Shown: piece after piece, positions 10,939 to 21,570 of the stretch
Numbering within the stretch: position 1 is the first letter of the stretch
Layout of the letters: each line of letters begins with the position of its first letter
IMG/VR virus record: IMGVR_UViG_3300042286_000208
Span: 6,287 to 70,286 of that record
Direction: 5' to 3' (one strand)
DNA: 64,000 nucleotides
DNA from: a virus
Taxonomy: Duplodnaviria; Heunggongvirae; Uroviricota; Caudoviricetes
Made by a program: the position numbers and the translations under genes
The notes under the pieces: model-generated
The model's database searches: none
Told to the model about the DNA's origin: nothing
What the model saw: the letters and a program-made list of their open reading frames with translations, nothing else

Positions 10939-12762
10939 ATGAAACTGGAAATACTAGATATAAATAAATTCATCAAAGAAAATGATGTGAAAGAAGTCAA
11001 TAACACTATTTTCTTCATAGGTAACCTCCCTCAACCAGGCGGATTATTTGATCCTGAAATATTTGGTTATTTTACCGAGGAAGAAAAATACAAATATGGA
11101 TATATTGATTTAAAAGATAACTATATTCACCCACTAGTTGTTATAAACCTAATGAGAATGGGTTCTCTTGGATCACTATTACTACAACATGATAGCATCA
11201 AAAAGAAATGAGCAAAAGTTGTAGACGGAAAGATAGTTTATGTCAAAAAGACAGAACCAGGAGCAGAAACGGGAAAAGAATTCTATTGAAACAACTTCGA
11301 TAAAATAGATTGGAATAAATCTCTAGGTTATGTCAGAGAAACAAAAGATGAGTACGAAGAAATAACAGATGAAGCAGCTACAGAAGATGTTGAAGAGCTA
11401 GAAAAATTCATAGATGAAGAAATGGATGATTTTTCAGTATCCAAAGCTGGTCGTATAAATTTTATAAAATCTTTAACAAAACAAGAGTTCTTTGTTAATA
11501 AATGGTTGGTCATTCCTAAAGGATATAGAAATATTTCTAGCGAAAGTAGAACATTGGGCTCAGATATAAACAAAGAGTACAGAAAACTATTAACAAATAT
11601 AAATGCTTTATCTAGATTCTCATCAAGTTCTATTTTTGGACTTACTCAAATCCAAGAATACTTAATTCAAAATGTTATTTTGGTAAACTTATTTAAAGAT
11701 ACGATCGGTTTTATAACAGGAAAAAGAGTAGATTTTGATAAATCAACAAACAAACCAGCCCCAACAACAGGTGTTGCCAAGAACTCTAATTTCCAAAATA
11801 AAATTATCGGCAAATCAATTGATTATAGCTCAAGAAATGTAATCATTGCTCCAACTATGGCAACGAAGAATACTTACAAAGAGGTTGATGCACTTGCTGG
11901 TTATTCGGGAATACCTCTTGCATCAATATGTTCATCATTCCTACCTTTCGTTTTAAAACATTCCTATGATATAATCAGGGATCTCGAAATGAACATCGAG
12001 AGACAAATGTTAAAATGAGATGAGACTTTTATTAGAGTAGAACCTTCTTCTAAATTATTTATAGAAAAGCTATTGAAGAGCTTTATTAAATCAGATAAAG
12101 GAAGGATGGATGGATACAATTTTATTCTTATATTTGAAGATGAGAACAAGAGACAGATAAGAAAAGATCACAAAATGGTAGTAAATGTCGCACACAGTAG
12201 AGAAGAATTTAAAAATAAAACTTATAAAAGAAGACATTTCACTGTAACAGATTTATTTTATCAAGCAGCAGCCAAATCTATTGTTGATAGACATGTGCTT
12301 CTGGTTAGATACCCTGTATTAAACCACTTAAATATATTCCCAACAGGTATTAATCTTCTTTCAACAAAAAAAGAAGACAAAGGAGTTTATTTATTATATA
12401 ATTTTAACGTAAACTGATTAGATTCAAACTTCCCTAACGAAGCAATGTTTTATTTCGATAAATATCCACTTATACCAAACTTTAAAGGCGATAGCATGGA
12501 AGTTTTTGAACCAACAACCGAGAACAACACATTTATAGATGCGTTGATACCTGGAAATAGTTCTCTAAAGAGCCTTAATGGTGACTATGATGGTGATACA
12601 TTATCAGTAATCGGGTTATTTTCAGAAGAAGCTAATAAAGAAGCGAGAGAATATATTAATAGTGCTGGTTATTTTGTTACCAGTACAAATAAAAATATTA
12701 GGTCAATTGACTCTATCGGTAAAGAATATGTTATGGGATTATATATGTTGACGAAGGATTAG
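10939..12762 (+). CDS. Phage multisubunit RNA polymerase beta-prime N-terminal subunit (607 aa, 4 TGA=Trp)
   Basis: Four track ORFs joined by TGA at 11209, 11287, 12016, 12415; catalytic LNGDYDGD (NADFDGD-type), GLFDPEIFG, GKSIDYSSRNVI, RYPV motifs. Confidence 0.9.
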
Positions 12763-12771
12763 GTGAAGGAT

Positions 12772-13296
12772 ATGTTAATTAAAGAAAGTTTTGTTAAAAA
12801 GATTCCTGTGAATCAAGTATTAAAAGAAAACGGGGATGCTATGGAGTATTATATGAATCATCCCGAAGAACATTGAAAAGTCCTAATCGATAAGTTTGAA
12901 GGAAGCAGAGTGAAATTCAAGAACTGATGTGAAAAAGCTTATTTAGGACCCAGAGGATCCAAAGGAGCAGATCAGGCGAAATACGATAAAGCGATGGCAT
13001 ATTTCGATAGTCAACAATCATCTTTAAATGAATCATTTCAATATGAAGATATTTTAAAGATGTCATATGACGATATTCTTACCAAAAACAATGGGAATCT
13101 GATGCAGACGCTAAGAGATTTAAATTCCTTTATGTCATCTATACAGGGAACTGATAATGATGAAGAAAGAAAAGCTTATTTTAAAGCTAAAAACTTTCAC
13201 GTCAGATTAGTCAGAGACACCAACGAAAAAGATCCACAAGAACTAAAAAAGAAAATAGATAAGAAAATTAAAAAAGCAGAGAAAAGAAATAGATAA
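12772..13296 (+). CDS. Hypothetical, probable head protein (174 aa, 2 TGA=Trp)
   Basis: ATG 12772 in frame with track ORF 12994 via two TGA; IKES/LKEN/LNES motifs. Confidence 0.6.
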
Positions 13297-13321
13297 CACT
13301 ATTTCTTTTTAACCGATAAAT

Positions 13322-13333
13322 TATATATTATTA
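13322..13333 (+). promoter_or_regulatory. Putative early promoter motif TATATATTATWA
   Basis: Recurs before clusters of small genes; heads the 13375-23839 cluster. Confidence 0.5.
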
Positions 13334-13374
13334 ATATGAAAATGTAGTGAAATATATTTGAGGAGGAAAAGCAA

Positions 13375-13656
13375 ATGAGAAAAAGAGAATTACAAAGAAT
13401 AGAACATGAAAAATATTTATTGAGATCAGCATGGTCTAGTTTAAGTTTGAGTGGGTTAAGTCAAGACCTTGATGATGATTTTAAAATTATAGAGAATTAT
13501 TTCATACATAATTCAGGTTCAATCGAAGATGCAAAAAGATCCCTTTATAATGTAAGAGATTATCTTGGTGGCATGGATATATACGTGTCCGAAGGATATG
13601 ATGAATGTTTTGATTATTTTATAAACACTATAAAGACTAAAGAAAGAGGTAACTAA
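13375..13656 (+). CDS. Hypothetical protein
   Basis: GAGGAGG SD, 93-aa ORF. Confidence 0.75.
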   Translation: MRKRELQRIEHEKYLLRSAWSSLSLSGLSQDLDDDFKIIENYFIHNSGSIEDAKRSLYNVRDYLGGMDIYVSEGYDECFDYFINTIKTKERGN

Positions 13657-14295
13657 ATGAAAGTAACTTTATTATCACATACACCAGAAGCTATTAAAGT
13701 GGCATTCACTGCAATAAGAACATGTTATTCAGCAAACGATCAAGATTATATTTGGAATGAAGAATTTGACAAATATAAGGAAAAGAATGATGATCACATT
13801 AGACTTATTAAACAAATTTTAAATCATGGACACACTTCCACACTAGAACATATAACTTTTAATTTTGCAGTCAATGGTGTTAGTAGATCGCTACTGGCAC
13901 AATTAACAAGACATAGAATTGGATTCAGCTATAGTGTTCAAAGTCAGAGATATGTAAAAATGTCTACCGATAGTAAACATGGAACATTTGAATTCGTTAC
14001 ACCTCCTGGTATTATGAGTGTAGATTCATTGTTGGTTTATGATCAAATAATGGAAGAAATACAAAAAGCTTATGATAAATTGGTAGACATGGGTATTCGA
14101 GCAGAGGATGCTAGATACGTTCTACCCAATGCAGCCACAACCAACATAACAATCTCTTTCAATCTCAGAGCATTCCTTGATTTTTACAGTAAAAGAAATC
14201 CAGAGACACACGCACAATGGGAGATTCAAGAACTGGCAGAGAGTTTTAGAAAAGAGATTGAAAAAGCGGAATCGTGGACTAAAGAACTGTTTTAG
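13657..14295 (+). CDS. thyX: Flavin-dependent thymidylate synthase
   Basis: RHRIGFSYSVQSQRY ThyX motif; GHTSTLEH; ARYVLPNA. Confidence 0.95.
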   Translation: MKVTLLSHTPEAIKVAFTAIRTCYSANDQDYIWNEEFDKYKEKNDDHIRLIKQILNHGHTSTLEHITFNFAVNGVSRSLLAQLTRHRIGFSYSVQSQRYVKMSTDSKHGTFEFVTPPGIMSVDSLLVYDQIMEEIQKAYDKLVDMGIRAEDARYVLPNAATTNITISFNLRAFLDFYSKRNPETHAQWEIQELAESFRKEIEKAESWTKELF

Positions 14296-14323
14296 AAAAT
14301 GAAAAAGAGGACGGTGTAAAGTA

Positions 14324-14563
14324 ATGCCAGATCTACATTATCATTATTATTTTAGCGTGAATAAACTATGCGAAACACCAGAGGGTAAATCAAAGTATAT
14401 AAAAAACAAAGCATATTTTGATAGTTTGAATTTAAAAACATGTTATCCAACAAGCTCCAAAGAAAACTGTTACTACTATTGTTTTATTACACCAGCAGGC
14501 CCAAATAGATTTAAACGAGTTACAAAATTGGGAGTTGTGTCACAAATTTATGGATACAACTAA
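14324..14563 (+). CDS. Hypothetical protein, paralog of next gene
   Basis: Shares YYFSVxKLCET...SSKENxYYYC with 14580-14810. Confidence 0.7.
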   Translation: MPDLHYHYYFSVNKLCETPEGKSKYIKNKAYFDSLNLKTCYPTSSKENCYYYCFITPAGPNRFKRVTKLGVVSQIYGYN

Positions 14564-14579
14564 TAATTAAAAAAAGGAG

Positions 14580-14810
14580 ATGTTTGTAATGCCAACACCA
14601 ATTTATTATTTTAGCGTAAAAAAATTATGTGAAACATTATATGGTACTTCAATGTATAAGAAGAATAAAGTATATTTTGATAGACTAGACGGCAGAAGAT
14701 GTTACAAACCAAGTTCAAAAGAAAATGGATACTACTATTGTTCTTTAAAAGCATGGTCAAGAGCAAAAAGAGTTACAAAATTAGCTATAAGAGTAGAATA
14801 TAACTACTAA
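14580..14810 (+). CDS. Hypothetical protein, paralog of previous gene
   Basis: Tandem duplicate; AAAGGAG SD. Confidence 0.7.
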   Translation: MFVMPTPIYYFSVKKLCETLYGTSMYKKNKVYFDRLDGRRCYKPSSKENGYYYCSLKAWSRAKRVTKLAIRVEYNY

Positions 14811-14894
14811 TAAGGAGAGATATAAAATATGAGAACAGTAGAACAAATAGAAATTATACATGAGTGTAAAAAACTCTTAAATGGGGGACAATAA

Positions 14895-16139
14895 ATGAGA
14901 AATTTAGCACATATTGAAAAAGTAAACGATATCAAACCGATTTTTCTAAAAGAAAATAACGTAGAGGCAGATGCAATTTGTCTTTATAGAGTTTTAGGAT
15001 GGTGGGTTGTTGGCAAGAAAGGAGAATACAGTATTGGTGATAACGTAGTGTACATTGAAATTGATTCAAAAGTACCTGCTACAGAAGATCCAAACGATTA
15101 TTTCTATTTCTTGGAGAAAAGAAACTTCAAAGTTAAAACAATGAAATTAAACAAGTTTTATTCCTCTGTGATGCCCGAAGCTGTTATCAGCCAGGGATTG
15201 CTTGTACCTATGGATGTAGTTATGCAAAAAGTAAGATGGGTTAAAGAACCTTCTGAAGGAACTGATGTTACCGATATTCTTAAAATTGAAAAAATTGAAG
15301 ACGAAACGAAAGAAATTCGTATAGTTGATCATTCAAAACAATTCTATAAAAAACATAGTAAATTCTTTAAAACAAAACTCGGAAAATGGTTGATGAAAAA
15401 AGAGTGGTTTAGAAATTTTATTAAAAAAATCACTACAAAAAAAGCACCAATAAAAAAATTCCCATCATATATTACTAAAACAGACGAAACACGTGTTCAA
15501 GCACTACCTAAGTTGTTTGAGCAATTAAGAGACAATAAGACAGTTTTACAAGTAGCAGAAAAACTTGATGGGACTTCATCCACATATGGATTAAGAAAAA
15601 ATGGAAGAAAATTTGATTTTGTTGTATCTTCTAGAAATATTATCCAGGCAGACGAAAGACAAAAAACTTGGTATTCTGATGCTAGCGTAAACTATTATTG
15701 GGAAATGGCAATCAAATATAACATCGAGGAATTATTAAAGAATTTATTCGTCCTTCTCGGTGCAAAAGATTTTGTCTATTTACAAGGAGAAACAATCGGA
15801 CCAGATATTCAGAGCAACAAGTATCATTTGAAAGAAAGAAAGTTATACGCTTTTAACCTTGTAGTGGACGGGAAGAAAATAAACTCCCTTGAAGCTAGAA
15901 TGGATTTACTGGCAGCACAAAAACAGATGAACATCTCTGATGAACAAGCAATGAGCTGGGTTCCTATTCTGGAGGAGAGTTATCTACTTCCAGATACAAT
16001 TGAAGAACTTATGACATATTCAACTGGTAAATCAGTATTATATGACACATTACGTGAAGGTATAGTATTAAGAGATGCAGAAAATACTGTATCTTTTAAA
16101 GCAGTATCTCCAGAATTTTTATTGAAACACAAATTATAG
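14895..16139 (+). CDS. RNA ligase, Rnl2/DRB0094-like
   Basis: EKLDGTS motif I, LQGETIG, REGIVLR, FKAVSPEFLLK; N-terminal OB-like module. Confidence 0.9.
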   Translation: MRNLAHIEKVNDIKPIFLKENNVEADAICLYRVLGWWVVGKKGEYSIGDNVVYIEIDSKVPATEDPNDYFYFLEKRNFKVKTMKLNKFYSSVMPEAVISQGLLVPMDVVMQKVRWVKEPSEGTDVTDILKIEKIEDETKEIRIVDHSKQFYKKHSKFFKTKLGKWLMKKEWFRNFIKKITTKKAPIKKFPSYITKTDETRVQALPKLFEQLRDNKTVLQVAEKLDGTSSTYGLRKNGRKFDFVVSSRNIIQADERQKTWYSDASVNYYWEMAIKYNIEELLKNLFVLLGAKDFVYLQGETIGPDIQSNKYHLKERKLYAFNLVVDGKKINSLEARMDLLAAQKQMNISDEQAMSWVPILEESYLLPDTIEELMTYSTGKSVLYDTLREGIVLRDAENTVSFKAVSPEFLLKHKL

Positions 16140-16160
16140 TTAAGAAAGGAAGTGTCGGTT

Positions 16161-16400
16161 ATGGATTTTAAAGAAGTATTAGAGGCACTTAAAGCAGGTC
16201 TTCCTGTTAAAAGAAAAGAATGGGATGGATATTGGATTCTCGAGAGTAAAAATAAAATTGTTATACATTTGAAAGAAGGAAACGATTTAAATTTACTTGA
16301 CACTGACGACATAATGTTCACTCTTTCACACACCACTAAAAATGATTGGGAGATTGCAACCCCAGAAAATTGCAAAAGATTGAGAGAGGATAAAGAATAG
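16161..16400 (+). CDS. DUF2829/Tad2-like protein (candidate anti-defence sponge)
   Basis: MDFKEVLEALKAGLPVKRKEW...NDWEI matches DUF2829 pattern. Confidence 0.65.
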   Translation: MDFKEVLEALKAGLPVKRKEWDGYWILESKNKIVIHLKEGNDLNLLDTDDIMFTLSHTTKNDWEIATPENCKRLREDKE

Positions 16401-16429
16401 GATAAAACCTATTCTTTATTATATCAATT

Positions 16430-17122
16430 ATGGAAAGAAAAAAATTTGAAGAAACTCAAAAACTAATATCTAGATACGTTATGGTTATAGCCGATGTCAA
16501 AAACTCAAAGGTTATTTTAAAAACACGAGATGGCAGAAAAGCTTTCCAACATTTATTAAATGACACAAGAGAAATATTAGAAAAACCTGAAGTTATTCAA
16601 TTTGAAGATTCTGGTGTTAAATTTAGATTAATAAGAAAAGGTGACTGTATAGGATTTGTTTTTGATAAAAACACAGACTATGACAACATATCTTCTATAC
16701 TAAACGAATGGGACGATTTACTTAAAAAGAGCGGACTAAAATTCCATAGAAATCAATGTGCCATACCTTCTTTAGATAACTATATGGAGCACTTCATTTA
16801 TCTAGAGAAAGATTCTAAGGAAGCAGATATTGAAAACACAGATACTACAAAAAACAAAACAATCAATATATCATTAGAAGTAGATGTAGAGGATTTCATT
16901 GAAGAAGACTACGTTAGAACGGAGATTGAGCATGCTATAAACAGTTATGATTGGCATGTGAATTCTATCAGTGTCAAGACTAATAAACAAAATATAACAA
17001 AAGAAGAAGTACATGAAGCAAGAGAAATTTTGTTTAAATTTGCAACAATAAGCGAGAAGCTTGATTTAATAGAAGGTCGTAAACTAAATAAAAAATTAGG
17101 TAAATTTATTGACGATAAATAA
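16430..17122 (+). CDS. Hypothetical protein with SatD/class III cyclase-like N-terminus
   Basis: VMVIADVKNS ... RKGDCI two-Asp spacing; weak. Confidence 0.35.
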   Translation: MERKKFEETQKLISRYVMVIADVKNSKVILKTRDGRKAFQHLLNDTREILEKPEVIQFEDSGVKFRLIRKGDCIGFVFDKNTDYDNISSILNEWDDLLKKSGLKFHRNQCAIPSLDNYMEHFIYLEKDSKEADIENTDTTKNKTINISLEVDVEDFIEEDYVRTEIEHAINSYDWHVNSISVKTNKQNITKEEVHEAREILFKFATISEKLDLIEGRKLNKKLGKFIDDK

Positions 17123-17133
17123 GGAGATCAATA

Positions 17134-17391
17134 ATGGAAAACAAAATTGAAGTAATAAATTATCAATATTATAACAGAAGTGAATCAGGGAGAACAGATG
17201 ATCAAAAGCTAGAGGTTGTCAAGATCGCTGAAACAAATGAAAAATCTTGTCTGAAGTGCGCACACTTTACAAGAGTAAGTCAAATTGATAACGGCAAATG
17301 CCATGTTCATTATAATAGACATGACGTACACGATGTATGCCCAAGATTCGAAACACCTGAACAATGGGCTAAAAGATTGTTTGGTAAATAA
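17134..17391 (+). CDS. Hypothetical Cys/His-rich protein
   Basis: AAGGAG SD; CLKCAHF...C...C..F. Confidence 0.7.
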   Translation: MENKIEVINYQYYNRSESGRTDDQKLEVVKIAETNEKSCLKCAHFTRVSQIDNGKCHVHYNRHDVHDVCPRFETPEQWAKRLFGK

Positions 17392-17392
17392 T

Positions 17393-18310
17393 ATGTTAAA
17401 AAGAACGCATAATTTCCCAGATAAAGTAACCATCGTATTAAAAACAAAAACAAACCAAGGTTTTATAGCTCTTGATAAAAAATCTATAGAATCCGGGATT
17501 TCTTGGGCTGGATATTATTATGGAAAAGGTGAAAAACCTTATGAAATAATAGAATATGATAATGGTAAATTTACACTGAAATTATCAAAAGCAGCAAGTG
17601 ATTCAAACCAAGGTAGTAAACTATCATTCTGGACACTAGAGGTGACAGCTCCTGACGGCAGAGTATTTGAAGTCGGAATTAACAGCGAGAGTTTAATAGA
17701 AACAATGATTCAAACAACAGTGGCAAACGGTGATATAGAAGGAGAATACTATCTCGGCCGAACAAATGGACAACAGTCTATAGCTAGAAAAGGGTCCACA
17801 TATTATAACGAATATCTTGAAGTCATAGAGACCAAAAAACAACCACTTACTAAAAATTATAAAGTAGGTAATATAATCATTAATAAGAGAGAGGAATATA
17901 TGTTTATAGGTGAATTCCCTTCACATATAAAAGCAACAGTTCCAGATAGCGGTAGTTATTTCAGTAGAGAAGTACTCATCTCTTTATCAAAAAATAAAAA
18001 ACCCACCATGAGATACTTTTATTTAAGAAAAGGATACAGGAAAGAAACATTTGAAGATGGATACATTGTATCCTATGACAATAAAATAGGTGGTAGAATT
18101 TCTGATGATACGGTTATTAGAGAAAAAAATCCCCATATGTTGAAGTATTTTCAATATTTAAAAGAAAAACTTTTAACATGGGAAAATCGCAATTTCTATT
18201 ATACTCAAGATTATTTAAGAGATTATTTTGCTGTAAGAGGAATTACTGAGATTGAGGATGCTGTCAAAGAAATGACTAAACTCAACATACAACATATGTT
18301 AAAAAAATAA
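17393..18310 (+). CDS. Hypothetical protein
   Basis: Long ORF abutting neighbours; ATG 17393 preferred over track start. Confidence 0.75.
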   Translation: MLKRTHNFPDKVTIVLKTKTNQGFIALDKKSIESGISWAGYYYGKGEKPYEIIEYDNGKFTLKLSKAASDSNQGSKLSFWTLEVTAPDGRVFEVGINSESLIETMIQTTVANGDIEGEYYLGRTNGQQSIARKGSTYYNEYLEVIETKKQPLTKNYKVGNIIINKREEYMFIGEFPSHIKATVPDSGSYFSREVLISLSKNKKPTMRYFYLRKGYRKETFEDGYIVSYDNKIGGRISDDTVIREKNPHMLKYFQYLKEKLLTWENRNFYYTQDYLRDYFAVRGITEIEDAVKEMTKLNIQHMLKK

Positions 18311-18331
18311 ATAGTGAAAAGAGGGAATACA

Positions 18332-19078
18332 ATGGACGTATTAGAAAAAATAATCAAACAAAAAAAATATCTAGAAAATTTAGGTTATAATGTTTTATAT
18401 ATGGGTCTATTTGGATCCCAAAACTATGGACTAGATAGTGAAGATAGCGATATTGATCTACGTGCCATTGTATTACCCACATTGGAACAGTTGATCAAAA
18501 AAGAAAGAATTAGCAAACAAATCGAGAATGATCTTGGTTTGATAGATGTTAAAGACATAATTGATTTCTATGAAGTGATAAATAAAGGAAATTTTGCTTA
18601 TATAGAGTCGATACAAACAAAATGGTTTATCGGAGATGAGTATATTAGGAATTTATTTGGTAAAATCAAAGTAAACCTGAGAAGTCTAAAAGGAGATATG
18701 TACACAAAAGCTAGAGTATTTAGATCTCCTTATTCTACGAAAGAGATGAAAAACGGATATGAATCCAAAGAACTTTATCATCTTTTTAGAATGCTATATC
18801 TGATCCAAAGTAGAGATGATAGTATATCATTTATTAATTATAGTGAAGACAAAAAAACAAAACAATATCTTTTAGACATTAAAAATAATAAAGATATGAT
18901 TATAGATTCTCTGGATTTTATTGATATTTCTTCGTTTGAAACAATAAAACCATGGATAGAGGAACAGACAGAAGAGTATATTCCAAGAGAATATAAATAT
19001 GAGCCTGAAGATATAATGGAAGAAGTTGTGGAATATACCAAACAAAAAATAATAAATTTATATATATTATCATCATAA
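18332..19078 (+). CDS. Pol beta-family nucleotidyltransferase
   Basis: GSQNYGLDSEDSDIDLR (GS...DxD) motif. Confidence 0.8.
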   Translation: MDVLEKIIKQKKYLENLGYNVLYMGLFGSQNYGLDSEDSDIDLRAIVLPTLEQLIKKERISKQIENDLGLIDVKDIIDFYEVINKGNFAYIESIQTKWFIGDEYIRNLFGKIKVNLRSLKGDMYTKARVFRSPYSTKEMKNGYESKELYHLFRMLYLIQSRDDSISFINYSEDKKTKQYLLDIKNNKDMIIDSLDFIDISSFETIKPWIEEQTEEYIPREYKYEPEDIMEEVVEYTKQKIINLYILSS

Positions 19079-19088
19079 GGAGAAAATT

Positions 19089-19646
19089 ATGAAACTAAAA
19101 AAAACGTATAAACATCCAGAAGCTGGTGATTATTTTACTTTTGAGACTGATGAAAAAATAGTTGTTCTTATTGGACCAAACGGTGCAGGAAAGACGACTA
19201 TGTTAGATAGTTTCAAGCAACAAATGGAAGAAAATTATAATATAATATATGACAATCCTCAAGAAATCGATGGAAATGTAAGTCACGACGCAATGTTTGA
19301 TCCGAAACATGTTAGTCATAGATGGACATCTGAAGGAGAGCGTATGAGCTACACTCTGGGGAACACTCTTAGAAGAGTAGGTGAATCAGTTCGAAACAAC
19401 AAACCCACAGTGGTTCTGTTTGATAGACTGGATAGTGGTCTTTCCTATGATAGGATAAAAGAAATGGCTGATGTTGTTATCGAATACGTATCAAAAGATG
19501 TTGATTTTATTGCTATAGCAGCAAACTCTTATGAGTTATGTTATGCATTAAAAGATGTCGCAAAATTTTATTGGGTTCCGACGAATGAATGGATAGATTT
19601 ACCTAATTTCGAAGATTTTATCGAAATGTATAAACTTCCTGAATAA
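19089..19646 (+). CDS. ABC-type/P-loop ATPase
   Basis: GPNGAGKT Walker A; VVLFDRLDSGL Walker B-like. Confidence 0.75.
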   Translation: MKLKKTYKHPEAGDYFTFETDEKIVVLIGPNGAGKTTMLDSFKQQMEENYNIIYDNPQEIDGNVSHDAMFDPKHVSHRWTSEGERMSYTLGNTLRRVGESVRNNKPTVVLFDRLDSGLSYDRIKEMADVVIEYVSKDVDFIAIAANSYELCYALKDVAKFYWVPTNEWIDLPNFEDFIEMYKLPE

Positions 19647-19668
19647 GATTGGAACAGAGAGGAGTTTT

Positions 19669-19869
19669 ATGGCTAGAAGATTTGTAATATTAAGTACAGG
19701 TAATGGTAATTTGCTCATCCCTGAAACAAAATATAATAAAAAAGAAGAATTACAAATACATCATGTAATTGGCTATGGAACAAAGAGACGCCTTAGAAAA
19801 GAAGGCTGGGACTTAAGAAAAAAAAACAAAGGAGAAATAAGATGGACGCAGAAAAATATATTGTTGTAA
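19669..19869 (+). CDS. Hypothetical basic protein
   Basis: GAGGAG SD, 66 aa. Confidence 0.6.
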   Translation: MARRFVILSTGNGNLLIPETKYNKKEELQIHHVIGYGTKRRLRKEGWDLRKKNKGEIRWTQKNILL

Positions 19870-20078
19870 AACAAGATGTAATAAAAACAGAATCAGGTGA
19901 AATTCTAACAGTGGTTGAACCATCAGATATCATGATTGTGGAATTTCATGATGGCTTCTTTAATGTTCAAAAACCTATATTTGCTTCTGAACTTGAAGAA
20001 TATCACACTCCTTTAGAGCTACTAAAAAGAAACCCTGATGGATTTTATGAAAGCTTTAAAGTTGAGAGAATGGTCTAA
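19842..20078 (+). CDS. Hypothetical protein
   Basis: AAAGGAG SD, 78 aa. Confidence 0.7.
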   Translation: MDAEKYIVVKQDVIKTESGEILTVVEPSDIMIVEFHDGFFNVQKPIFASELEEYHTPLELLKRNPDGFYESFKVERMV

Positions 20079-20081
20079 ATC

Positions 20082-20648
20082 ATGATTGAAATAAAAATAA
20101 AATATGGATCAGAAGGCTTAAACGGACTACAAACCATACAAGAATTTCTTGTTACTGGTCATGCTATGAATAATGAAGGAGCATCTAGAGAATTGTGTGC
20201 ATCAATATCAATAGCCACAACAATTACAGCAAACGCCATTGTTTTCTTAGCGCTTGAAGGAAATGTTGATGTAGAAAGAGCGTCTGGTTATTTTAGAATT
20301 AATGTTAAAAAAGAGAATCACGCAATTACAGCTTTATTGGAAAACCTTAGATTTACACTAGAGAGTTTAAAAGAACAATATCCTTCTCATGTCGAAGAAA
20401 TTGTTACGGAAGGCTTAATAGAATTGGACATTACAAGCGAACTAAACATGGAAGATCAACTTGATATGATACCAGAGATGGCATTATTAACTATAGGCAA
20501 CATTCCTTTAGAAATACCAAGTCATCCACATTTATCAATGTCAAAAGAGGATATACTAAAAATTCAAAAAGCATATAAGGTAGTTCAAAAAGCATTATCT
20601 GAGTTAAAGACGTTAAAAAAACAAATTGCAGAAAAAGAGGAAAAATAA
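20082..20648 (+). CDS. prp: Prp-like ribosomal-processing cysteine protease with C-terminal extension
   Basis: FLVTGHA...ELCASIS...LKEQYPSHV matches the Prp (DUF464/YsxB) His-Cys dyad pattern. Confidence 0.75.
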   Translation: MIEIKIKYGSEGLNGLQTIQEFLVTGHAMNNEGASRELCASISIATTITANAIVFLALEGNVDVERASGYFRINVKKENHAITALLENLRFTLESLKEQYPSHVEEIVTEGLIELDITSELNMEDQLDMIPEMALLTIGNIPLEIPSHPHLSMSKEDILKIQKAYKVVQKALSELKTLKKQIAEKEEK

Positions 20649-20649
20649 C

Positions 20650-20868
20650 ATGGAGTTTATTTTAACCAAAGAAGAAAAAAGAGTTTGTAAGTTCCTTTAT
20701 AATGCCATGAATGGTAGAAATGGTATTTGTGATTTAACAGATATAGGCGAGGAAGAAGATAAGATTCTTCGCGATCTGGAAGAAAAGGGATATCTTAAAA
20801 ACGATGTTAACTGTATTACGATTTCAAAAGATTTCAAAGATTTCTTAAATCAGACATTCGGAGAATAA
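20650..20868 (+). CDS. Hypothetical protein (possible winged helix)
   Basis: Short ORF, GAGGA SD. Confidence 0.65.
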   Translation: MEFILTKEEKRVCKFLYNAMNGRNGICDLTDIGEEEDKILRDLEEKGYLKNDVNCITISKDFKDFLNQTFGE

Positions 20869-20870
20869 CA

Positions 20871-21122
20871 ATGACAGATGTTCAAATATTTATATTATTG
20901 TTTTGGACATTGATGTCGATGATATTGTCTCTGTATATCTATGAAAAGAGAATTTTAGAAAAACTAAGTGTCTTTGGAAATGCTATGTTTTATCTAGTAT
21001 TTCTGCCAGTAACAATTTTATTTATAGTTGTTGTAATTATTTTTCATATTGGGTTTATTGGTCAATATATTATATTAAACAAAGATAATCGGTTAAGTTA
21101 CAGAAGATTTTTTAAAGAATAG
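20871..21122 (+). CDS. Hypothetical membrane protein (2 TM)
   Basis: Two hydrophobic segments. Confidence 0.7.
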   Translation: MTDVQIFILLFWTLMSMILSLYIYEKRILEKLSVFGNAMFYLVFLPVTILFIVVVIIFHIGFIGQYIILNKDNRLSYRRFFKE

Positions 21123-21129
21123 GAGAAAA

Positions 21130-21570
21130 ATGATGGATTGGGAAAATATGAGCGACATCAAAAAAAGACTAGTCGCAGCAATGATGATTGGTAAGATGTA
21201 CGAAGAAAATATGGGAATATTAGTGAAAAGAGACACTAAATTAATGCTTGAAGATAAAGAATTTCACTATGAAGGCACTGAATTTAGAGCTAAAAAAGGT
21301 GATATACTAGAGCTTGGTGCAACAGAAGAAGACAAAGAAGCATACGAAGTACTAGAGACATCAAACGATGATAACTCAGTTGTTTTGAAAAAGGTTATTT
21401 TCTTTAAAGCAAGGATAACCACATCTTATAATAGTATGGAAGAATTGTGTGTAGCAGGTTCTGATAGAACTGAAGCTATGAAAGCATTAAAGAATTATAT
21501 GAAAAACGGTGATTACACAAGAATCATATCGCTAAATCCTTCTAAGTTCTTTAAACCTTTAGTAAAATAA
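21130..21570 (+). CDS. Hypothetical protein
   Basis: AGGAG SD, 146 aa. Confidence 0.75.
   Translation: MMDWENMSDIKKRLVAAMMIGKMYEENMGILVKRDTKLMLEDKEFHYEGTEFRAKKGDILELGATEEDKEAYEVLETSNDDNSVVLKKVIFFKARITTSYNSMEELCVAGSDRTEAMKALKNYMKNGDYTRIISLNPSKFFKPLVK

Noticed and set aside
13657-14295. Uracil-substituted DNA as in AR9/PBS1
   Set aside because: An intact ThyX argues for dTMP synthesis; nothing in the window supports dU DNA
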